Positions 54,892-64,000 of a stretch of 64,000 nucleotides of DNA are shown here, piece by piece. Made by a program: the position numbers and the translations under genes. Origin of the DNA: Eledone cirrhosa (taxonomy: Eukaryota). The notes under the pieces are model-generated. The model ran no database searches and was not told the DNA's origin. It saw nothing but the letters and a program-made list of their open reading frames with translations. Location of the stretch: contig OZ024740.1 in the NCBI GenBank assembly GCA_964016885.1, forward strand, positions 139,128,001-139,192,000, given 5' to 3'. Every line of letters starts with the position of its first letter. Position 1 is the stretch's first letter.

Positions 54892-57800
54892 CTACAGGCT
54901 GATATAGAGAGAAGGCCCATTCACTCGGGCCATTCTCGCCACTTTCACCCACCTTTCATAAAACTTGCTGGGGTACAGCACCTCTCTCTCCATCCTGATT
55001 CTTCTTCCAAAGTGGTATTTGAAAAAAAGAATCAGTTGTTGGCCGGAGAGAAAGGTGTCTGACCTCAGCCCTTTCAACCTTGTCCACCATACAACCTCTT
55101 TCGCCATAGCTATGACACAAAGGAAAACCGCCTCTCCTTCGTTTTTGAAGGAGGGTGGCGGTTTGATCATGACAATGGACTCGGTGGTCAACTGGATTGG
55201 TACCACCCGCGACAATAGTCGTTCTACATAGCCCCACAGGTCAGTGACGCCCGGGAAGTGTATGAATGCGTGCGCGACGGTTTCTTCGTCTCGCACGCAC
55301 CTCGGACAGATCTTTTTTGCAGGGTCCCTGCCCGGGCGCCCATGTCTGTAGAGCTTGTCTCGAACTGGTAGAGCTCCTCGGTAGCACTGCCAGGACAGGG
55401 ACTTTTGGAAGTTGTCCATCGGTCCCGGGCGGAAGGTCCTACCGAACAGACTGGCCAGTTCATCTTCCTCTACGCCTAGAGTTTCACCGAGCGCGTCGTC
55501 GCACTTGCTGCGGACCAACGCTCTATAGAATGACGAAGTGGAGTCTCCACTGATCGCCGGGTCCGCTTGCCAGAGGGCTGTGAGCGCCTGAGCACATTCG
55601 ATGTGCCAGTCGCCCATTTTCCTCGGTCTCTGCTTGACCCAGGACTGCAGCTCGGTCAGCGAGACGAGTCGTGGGAAGGCTCGCCTCATGAACGGGGCCC
55701 ACACCGGTTGTCCGGTGAGGAATACGTAGAGATGCCGCAGCCTGAGCGCGTGTTTGCGCATCGTCAACCACGGCCTCCCCAGCCCTCCGTTAGAAGGGTG
55801 TTGGCAGCAGATGGATCTTCTCACCAAAGGAGCCCGCTTCTTCCAAAGGAATCGGAAGAGCGCGCGCTCCATTTTGGCGAGCGTTTTGGCTGGACAAGGC
55901 ACGACGGTCAAGCGGTAGTAGATGGCGGACGCTATAAAAGTGTTCGCCACCTCCGCTCGACCTTTCAAGGATAGTTTGCACTCGGCCCACTTCTGGCTGA
56001 GTGCAAACACCTTGGCCGTCACTTCGTTCCAGTTCTTCTCCACCTGGCGGTCCGGACCAAACCAGACCCCGAGCAGCTTTACCGGTCCTTCCGTCCAGCG
56101 TCCGACGACGCCATCGGAAGGCATCGGTCTGCCTCTCCACGATCGGAGTTGCAAACCGATGGACTTGTCCCGGTTCAGCTTCGCTCCTGTGAGACTTTCG
56201 TATTCCTTTAGTAAGGTGCCGACTTCCTCGATTTGCGAGGCGCTCGACACCATTACTGTCACGCCGTCGGCGTAGGCCGACGCCGCTTTCCGCAGTCCCG
56301 GTTCCAGAGGGATGCCCTGTAATAGCTCCAGCTTCCGCAGTAGTGGCTCGAGAGTCAGTACGTACAGAAGGGAGGAGAGAGGGCATCCCTGTCGAATGGA
56401 TCGCGTAATATGGAACGGCTCCGAGAGGTAACCGTTCACCTTGACCCTTGAGCAGATGTTGCTGTTGTGCATTGCAGCAATCCAGCCCCTGAACACGGGT
56501 CCGAAGCCTGCCGCCTCGAGCACCGCATCCAGGTAACGATGGTCAACCCTATCGAAAGCCTTAGACTGATCCAAGTTGATCAGGGCCCCACCGAAGCCGG
56601 GTTTACATCCTACCCTCTCTATGATGTATCGCATGAGATGGAGGTTGTCGTGCATGGACCTGGTCGGGATCGCGCATGTCTGCGCTTCTCCCACCAGGTT
56701 CTCGACGACAAGCGCCAGCCTCTTTGCCAACACCTTGGCCAAAATCTGTAACTCTGTGTTTAGCAGAGTTATGGGCCGGAAGTTTCCTATGTCATCCCCC
56801 TTATTCTCGTCCTTCCTGATTAGTGTGACCACGCCCCCGGTTACAGAACTGTGAATTCTCCCGTTCTGTTGCCAGTTGCAGTAGACAGCTTCCAGGAGAC
56901 CAGAGAATAAGTCCGGCATTGCTACGTAAAATTCGTAGGGTAGACCGTCGAGACCTGGAGATTTGCGTTTGCCGCATTGGCTCAGCGCGTCCCCTATCTC
57001 AGTGGCTGAAATCGGCTTTTCGCAGAACTTTGCCTCGCTGTCCGAGAGTCGCGGTAGGCCGTCAAGGTATGGACCGAAATCCATAGCCTCTCTCGGCGCG
57101 CCGCTCCCCCCGAACAAAGTGCCGCTGAAAAGCCGCACACATCTGCTTCGGCTCACTTATCACGCGTCCGTTTTGGTCCTTCAAAGACCGAATCGTGGAC
57201 TTGTTGCCACTTTTTGCCTCCGTCACTCGGGCCCAGCTAACAGCTTTGGCTCCCTCGTTTCCCAGAGCACGTATTTTGCTTCTGACAACGCAGCCCTCGT
57301 GCTTTGCGTCGAAGAACTGGTCCAAGGCTGTTCTCGTTGCTAGCACGCTGGCTACGTTGCCACTTCTAATTGCCTCTTCTACTTTATCTACCAGTTCCTT
57401 CTCGGTTCTATTTCTATCTAACGCTAATTCTTTACTAAAAACTATCGAGTCTAATCTAACTGCCCTCTTGAGAGAGTACCACCATCTGTTGTTGACAATG
57501 GCCCCTGTCAAGTGCTGTTTAACTAAAGTGCTAATCCGTCTACTGTAGGCTTTGCTTGTCGGTAACGACAAGTTTAGCTTCCAGTAGCCGGGTCCTTGTC
57601 TATGGGTTCTATCAAGGTTGGCCATGCAGGTCACTAGTTTGTGATCTGAATAGGCAATCATGAACATTTGTGGACAGCTTAACATGTCCCTATCCTTATT
57701 TCTAACTAGAACCCTATCTAGGTACGATCTAGATGTTCCGCTACGATTACTCCACGTCCACAGTGGCGCAGTCGGAAAATCTAGTCGATATCTATCGGCC

Positions 57801-58321
57801 AGGTCAAATCGGTCGATTAACTGTTTGAGGCTGTTACACCCCCCTTTATCGGGACATGCTCCCACATAGTCCCAACGTGCATCTAGGATTCCATTCCAGT
57901 CCCCCACTAAAAGCAAGGAGCGGGACGTTCCCAGAAAAGTCTCTAGACGTTTGAAGAAGTCTGGCCGCGGTGTCCCGGAAGGGGCATATGCGGCCACCAG
58001 CCTGAACGCTCCACCTTCACTACCGTCAACATCTAGGACCACCAGTCGACGCTCCGGGTCCAGATGTACCGTCTGTGTTACGAGGCCCAGGTGTTTCCGC
58101 AGCAAAACGGCAACTCCGCCCCCACCTCCCGGTTGATAGAGAGATGCGTAGATCTCAAAGTCATCGAAGATGGGGGCCAGCTGTCGCTCGCCGTGGATCC
58201 TGGACTCGCAAATGGCTACCACATCCAAACTGTGCGACCTGAGGTCGTTTAAGAGTTTGCCCTGTTTCCAGGGCATCCCCAGGCCGCGTACGTTCACACA
58301 TCCAACTCTTATATTGGCCAT
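54892..58321 (-). pseudogene. Tx1 ORF2 (APE endonuclease-RT-CCHC), frameshifted near 57115
   Basis: 57062-58321 is the APE part (CVNVRGLG, VGDWN, LDR, YSDH). 54892-57156 is the RT part (KSPGLDG, FRPITLLN, LDQSKAFDRV, RQGCPLS). Catalytic YADD reads YADG. Confidence 0.92.
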
Positions 58322-58354
58322 GTTGGTGCTGAAAAGTTAAAAGAGGAAAAGAGA

Positions 58355-60223
58355 TCACTCACCCTTCGCCTCCTGGGGACCAGGCCGCACGATTTCCATG
58401 GGGGTGTTGGAGGGGTTGTCTGGATGGGTGGTGGTTTCCGGCGGGGTGGGGACGCAGATGTTTGGTGGAGTGGGGTCTGGTGGGATGGGGGTGTCTGGGG
58501 TGGGGAGGCATTTGAGAAGGACGCGGTTGAGTGGTTTCACGCAGGAATTCCCCACATCCTTCTCAAATGTTTCTTTTAGGGACCTATAAGTTTGTATAGG
58601 GACCCTAATCAGTTTTAGGTTCAGTTTTTTGCTATTTTTTATAGAGTGGGCGAAAGTTTTCCCTTCGGTGAAAACCGAAGGGTCGTTCGTGATGGTCTCC
58701 ATTAGTGTTTTGTTTTCAGTGTTTATGTAAGTGTAAGTGTAATTTTCTTGTGTTGTGTTTGTTTTTGTCTGTAGTTCTTGTGTGTGCTTTCGTTTTGTTG
58801 TAGGTATTTTGTTTTCAGGAGGTGGGGGTTTTGTTTGTGATATTTTTGTTGTTTGTGTTGGTGGTTGTATGTTTGTGGTAGTGTTTGCTGGTTTTTTGCT
58901 TTTGTGATGTCTTTTCTTTCTTTTCGAGCGATGGGGTTCTCCCTCGTCTTCACTGGGTGATGGCGAGATAGCCTCATCTGTTGTATCGTCTGTGTGATTG
59001 GGGAGGGGTATGTCTTGGGGAGCTGTTGTGTCTGTATGTGATTTTGCAGTGGTTTTAGGTGGAGTGGGGTTGGGTGGGACTGTGTTTGTTGTGGTTATTT
59101 TTGTGTGTTGGTGTTGTTGTTGTGGTGGTGTTGGTGGTTGTGTTGTTTTGATGGGTGTCGGCAGAAGAGCCTTTTTTTGGTTCATTAGTTTAGGACAGGA
59201 AGCCCTCAGGTGACCCCTGCTAAAGCAATGGTAACATGAAGGCCGCCTACCCTCAACCGAAAGGTTTATGTAGGTGAGTCTGTCCAGGAGTACACGCTGT
59301 GGGATCATAGCTATTCGCTCTGGGCTCATTTGCACCAGAACTTCAATGCTAGTCCCATTGAATACATCTCTGGGGGACTTGCCTACTGACAGTATTCTGT
59401 CTTCATCAAAATTGATGAAGCCGCACAGTATCCACCATATGTTCACCTTTGGTGTGACACTTGTGATTCTGATCTTTTGTGTCCTTTTTCCCATGTATGT
59501 AGGGAAAAAGGTGTACAGGTTGGATACAATTGGCGACACAGAGTAATTTTGGGCCGTCAATTGATCCTTCATGAGTACCGAAATACTCCCAAAAAGTTTG
59601 CTTCTTTGAATGAATGCAATATCATTCATTGAATCTTTGAAAACCAGTTCAATATCTTTCTGTGACAATTGGACTGGTTTTCGGGTAGAATTGGAAACTG
59701 TCCTAAAAACTATCGTTTTGAGAGCAGTTTCCTTGCGAATTTCTACCGGAGAATTGATGCTGAAAGCACCATTTTTTTCGAAGGTGACATATCTCTTAGC
59801 GTCCTTTAAAAGGTGTTCAGCATTTGTTATGTCGAGATATATCAATTGTTCTTTCTTTTGAACTTTCTCCGCAAAGAAGATTTTTGGTTTCTTTGTGGAA
59901 TCCGTATTGGTGGTGTTGTCATTATTGTTGTTATTGTTGTTGTTATTCTTGTTGTCACCGATGTTGGTATTATCCGTATTTTCCTTGGTGTTGTTGTTGT
60001 CTTTGATGCTGGTGTTATTGGCGTTGTCTTTATTTTTTTCTTTGTTGTTGTTATCATTGTTGCTTTTATCATCATTATTGGAAGTACCAGTAATGCACTG
60101 GGTAATTGCTGGCCTTGTGCCAAAAGTAGAAACAATTATTGGTATTGCTGTTATTTTTGTTGTCATTGAACTGTTTGGTGTCATTTGTGTTGTTTGGATG
60201 TGAATTCGTTTTTTTATTTTCAT
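58355..60223 (-). CDS. Tx1 ORF1 (gag-like, CCHC zinc knuckle), 622 aa
   Basis: Open frame directly upstream of ORF2; CYHCFSRGHLRASC; Asn-rich N-terminus and Pro/Thr-rich linker; homologous to copy A ORF1 fragments. Confidence 0.85.
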   Translation of the reverse strand: MKIKKRIHIQTTQMTPNSSMTTKITAIPIIVSTFGTRPAITQCITGTSNNDDKSNNDNNNKEKNKDNANNTSIKDNNNTKENTDNTNIGDNKNNNNNNNNNDNTTNTDSTKKPKIFFAEKVQKKEQLIYLDITNAEHLLKDAKRYVTFEKNGAFSINSPVEIRKETALKTIVFRTVSNSTRKPVQLSQKDIELVFKDSMNDIAFIQRSKLFGSISVLMKDQLTAQNYSVSPIVSNLYTFFPTYMGKRTQKIRITSVTPKVNIWWILCGFINFDEDRILSVGKSPRDVFNGTSIEVLVQMSPERIAMIPQRVLLDRLTYINLSVEGRRPSCYHCFSRGHLRASCPKLMNQKKALLPTPIKTTQPPTPPQQQHQHTKITTTNTVPPNPTPPKTTAKSHTDTTAPQDIPLPNHTDDTTDEAISPSPSEDEGEPHRSKRKKRHHKSKKPANTTTNIQPPTQTTKISQTKPPPPENKIPTTKRKHTQELQTKTNTTQENYTYTYINTENKTLMETITNDPSVFTEGKTFAHSIKNSKKLNLKLIRVPIQTYRSLKETFEKDVGNSCVKPLNRVLLKCLPTPDTPIPPDPTPPNICVPTPPETTTHPDNPSNTPMEIVRPGPQEAKGE

Positions 60224-60572
60224 TTTGTCTTTCCATCTCTATAGTATCTAGTGAAGAAGACGTTGTTGACTGCGAGCTTTGTAGTCTTACCGCCTCTCCA
60301 CCACCATTATCGTTGGACGCAGCGTTCATAACGTAATCAAAATTTTACAATATTTTTTCCAAGATTCGATGGAGAAAAATTTTTTAAATGGATATTCCGC
60401 CCCTGAAGTGGCGAAAATGAGTTGACCCACCAGCTGAAGGTCCAGACGGGTGGTCAAGTTACACAATGATATAAAATTGAACTAAAAACTCACGATTTTT
60501 TCTTACATAAATTAACGGAAACTTCTCCGCGAAGTGACACGCGTCTGATAGAGAGATAGATATATTTCTTTA

Positions 60573-61094
60573 AGTTAAAAGTGTACATCCACATATGTAT
60601 ACTGAAATACTAGTATGCATATAAATACACACACGTATACATATGTACATGTACCGAGCTTTTCACTGGACACTTTACTGTGAGTGTTCAGCTAGTCCGT
60701 ATGTAAACACACAGACAAACCGGTTTTTAGAGTCATACTGGTTTTCGAGGAAACGGTATATATTGCTGATGATATGTAATAACATCGAAACTAGTCCAAT
60801 ATTCCTGTCTGGCTCTCTGGAGAATAGAGGAAAGGTGTTTCCTCGAAAACCAGTATGACTCTAAAAACCGGTTTGTCTGTGTGTTTACATACGGACTAGC
60901 TGAACACTCACAGTAAAGTGTCCAGTGAAAAGCTCGGTACATGTACATATGTATACGTGTGTGTATTTATATGCATACTAGTATTTCAGTATACATATGT
61001 GGATGTACACTTTTAACTTAATTGTTTAAGCGTCAGTCATACAAAAGTGAGTTACAAACGAAACGAAATTTAATTTCGTTTCGTTATTTGTTTT
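60573..61094 (+). mobile_element. 522-bp non-coding foldback element with hammerhead and 12-bp TSD
   Basis: TATATTTCTTTA at 60561-60572 and 61095-61106. Arms 60570-60754 and 60837-61021. Confidence 0.85.
60760..60802 (+). ncRNA. Type I minimal hammerhead ribozyme motif
   Basis: ATATTG-CTGATGA-TATGT-AATA-ACATC-GAAA-CTAG-TC-CAATAT. 6-bp stem I, palindromic ACTAGT stem III, GUC triplet. Confidence 0.88.
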
Positions 61095-64000
61095 TATATT
61101 TCTTTATTTACCATAAAGGCATAAAAAGAAGGGACAAATACAAAGAGGGAGTTTACATATAATCGAGTAAAAAGGGTGTAACATGAAAATAATCGAAAAT
61201 AACCTCAAAAGGGAGGGGACGTGATGGGGGTTGCACACACCCCCGAAAAAGTGTGCAATCCTTTGCCTGGGGAGCACATGGAGAAGGTGCTCCCCTCTCC
61301 TTTACTTCTTTACCTACAGGATGGTATACAGAGAAGGCCCACTTACACGAGCCATTCTCGCCACTATCACCCACCTTTCATAAAACTGCCTGTGGCCAAG
61401 CACCTCTCTCTCCATTCTTATCCTTCTTCCGAAGTGATATTGGAAGAAGTAGACCAGACTATGGCCAGAGAGGAAGTTGCCTGACCTCAGACCTTTCAAT
61501 CGTGTCCACCAAACAACCTCTTTCAACATGGCTATTACGCACAGAAAAACCGCCTTTGCTTCCTTTGTGAAGAGGGGAGGCGGTTTGATTGTCATCACGA
61601 ACTCGGTGGTCAATTTAATCGGCGCCACCCGCGACAGCAGTCGTTCGGCGTAGCCCCACAGATCAGCCACGCCCGGACATTGCACCAATGCGTGCGCAAC
61701 GGTTTCTTCGTGACGCACGCATCTAGGGCAAATCTTTTTTGAGGGATCCCTGCCCGGGCGCCCGTGTCTGTAGAGCCTCTCTCGAACGGGTAGAGCCCCC
61801 CGGTAGCACTGCCAGGCCAGTGACTTCTGGAAGTTGTCCATTGGTCCTGGGCCGAAAGTCCTACCGAACAGGCTGGCCAGTTCGTCTTCCTCCATGTCCA
61901 GCGACTCTCCAAGGGTGTCATCGCCCCTGCTAGCCACCAGCCCTCTATAGAATGATGAGGTGGATTCTCCACCGATGGCCTGGCCCGCTTGCCAGAGAGC
62001 CCTGAGCGCCTGAGCACACTCAGTGTGCCAGTCTCCCAGTTTTCCGGATCTTTGCTTGACCCAGGACTGTAGCTCGGTGAGCGAGACGAGTCTCGGAAAG
62101 GCTCGTTTCACGAACGGAGCCCACACCGGTTGACCAGTGAGGAATACCTGTAGGTGCCGTAGCCTTAATGCGTGCCTACGCATCATCAACCACGGCATCC
62201 CCAGCCCTCCTTTCGAAGGTTGTTGGCAGCAGATGGATCTTCTCACCATAGGAGGGCGCTTCTTCCAAAGAAATTGGAAGAGCATGCGTTCCATGGTGGT
62301 GAGTGTTTCCTTAGGGCAAGGCACGACATTCAGGCGGTAGTAAGTGACGGACGCTATGTAAATGTTCGCCACCTCCGCCCGGCCTTTTAGGGACAGCTTA
62401 CACTTGGCCCATTTCTGGGTTAGTGCAAACACCTTGTTCGTAACCTCGTTCCAGTTCTTTTCCACCTGGAGGTCCAGTCCAAACCAGACCCCAAGCAACT
62501 TTACCGGGCCCTCCGTCCAGTGTCCGACGACACCGTCAGGAGGCATCGGTCTGCCTCTCCACGTTCCGAGTTGCAGCCCGATGGATTTTTCCCGGTTCAG
62601 TTTCGCTCCTGACAACCTTTCGTACTCCTCCAGTAAGGTACCGATCGCCTCGATCTCCGAGTTGGTCGATACCATTACTGTTACGTCATCGGCGTAGGCC
62701 GACACCGCTTTACTCAATCCTGGTTCCAGGGGGATACCCTGCAACAACTCCAACCTCCTCAGTAAAGGCTCGAGAGTCAATACGTACAGAAGGGAGGAGA
62801 GAGGGCACCCCTGTCGAATGGATCGTGTGATTTCGAACGGCTTCGAAAGGTAGCCGTTCACCTTGATCCTAGAACAGATGTGGTTGCTATGTAAGGCAGT
62901 GTTCCAGCCTCTGAAAACAGGACCGAACCCAGCCGCCGCTAGCACCGCATCCAGGTAACCATGGTCGACCCTATCGAACGCCTTAGACTGATCCAAGTTG
63001 ATCAGGGCCCCTCCGAAGCCGGGTTTGTTGCCAACCCTCTCTATGATGTATCGCATGAGGTGGAGGTTATCGTGAATGGACCTGGATGGGATAGCACATG
63101 TCTGCGCATCTCCCACCAGGCCACCCACGACAAGCGCCAACCTCTTTGCTAACACCTTGGCCAAAATCTTTAACTCTGTGTTTAGCAGGGTTATGGGCCG
63201 AAAATTATTTATACTATCTCCCTTGTTCTCGTCCTTCCTCACCAGCGTGACTACGCCCTTGGCTACAGAACAAGGAATTCTCCCGTTCTGCTGCCAATTG
63301 CAGTAGACCGCTTCGAGGAGTTCGGAGAAGAAGACCGGCATTGCTAAATAAAGTTCGTAAGGTATACCATCGAGACCTGGGGATTTGCGTCTGCTGCATT
63401 GGCTCAGCGCATCTCCGATCTCATCAGCCGAGATTGGTCCCTCGCAGGACTCTGCCTCTTCGCTCGAGAGACGCGCGGCAGGCCGTCGAGGTATGGACCG
63501 AAACCCACGCCCCCGCCCGGATCCTCGCCTCCCCCGAACAATCGGGCAAAGTGCCTTTGAAAGGCCTCGCACATCTGCTTAGGCTTCCGGATCACCCGTC
63601 CATCTTCGTCTGGCAACGACCGGATGGTGGATCGATTTCCACTCTTAGCTTCTGTCACGCGGGCCCAGCCAACGGCTTTGGCCCCCTCATTACCTAGAGC
63701 ACGTATTTTACTTCGAATGACGCAGCCTTCGTGCTTTGCATCGAAAAACTGGTTCAAGGCCGTCCTCGATGCCAGCACTCTGGCCACATCTTCGTTCTTG
63801 ATTGCCTCTTCTAATTTACCTGTTAATTCTTTCTCGTTTCTATTCCTATCGGCAGCTAACATCTTGCTATAACTTATTGATTCTGTTCTAATCTCTCCTT
63901 TGAGAGATGCCCACCATCGGTTGTTGACGATTGCACCCGTCAACCTCTCCTTAACTAATCTGCTAATCCGGTTTCTGTAAGTCTCTTTTGCCGGTAAAGA
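61095..64000 (-). mobile_element. Tx1-clade LINE copy C (third subfamily), ORF2 RT region, runs off the window
   Basis: 61314-63572 RT with YADD and CPRC..ETVAHALVQC; frameshift near 63475. Confidence 0.93.

Larger units (their letters stand above)
54640..60546 (-). mobile_element. Tx1-clade LINE copy B, full length
   Basis: 5' UTR, intact ORF1, ORF2 with one frameshift, 3' UTR with AATAAA and (TATC)n tail. Confidence 0.95.

Noticed and set aside
57062-63572. Programmed frameshift between the APE and RT parts of Tx1 ORF2, since both B and C break in the same region
   Set aside because: The lesions differ: a small deletion at CACTTTG/TTCGG in B, and a CG-type insertion about 70 nt further on in C. 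Copy A reads through this stretch, so these are independent mutations or assembly errors.

Overview
AT-rich, microsatellite-dense eukaryotic DNA with no recognisable host gene; almost all listed ORFs are simple-repeat artefacts. The SINE types and repeat load suggest an octopus or other coleoid cephalopod (inference). The window is a nest of transposable elements: a head-to-tail array of four Tx1-clade LINEs joined through (TATC)n tails (48.6-64 kb), two R4/Dong-like relics, one CRE-like relic, RTE and CR1 fragments, Helitrons, a hAT MITE, a mariner relic, SINEs and a Penelope-like (Neptune-type) GIY-YIG fragment. The main unannotated signal is about 15-18 type I hammerhead ribozyme motifs read by eye, 7 with a complete CUGANGA/GAAA/NUH core. 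They sit in short non-coding units that mostly abut (TA)n tracts, and many form 40-340 bp foldback or permuted-tandem structures. One such unit (60573-61094) has a 12-bp target-site duplication inside a Tx1 tail. This looks like a diverse population of non-autonomous, ribozyme-bearing Penelope-derived (retrozyme-like) elements. Coordinates and folds are manual; no searches were run.
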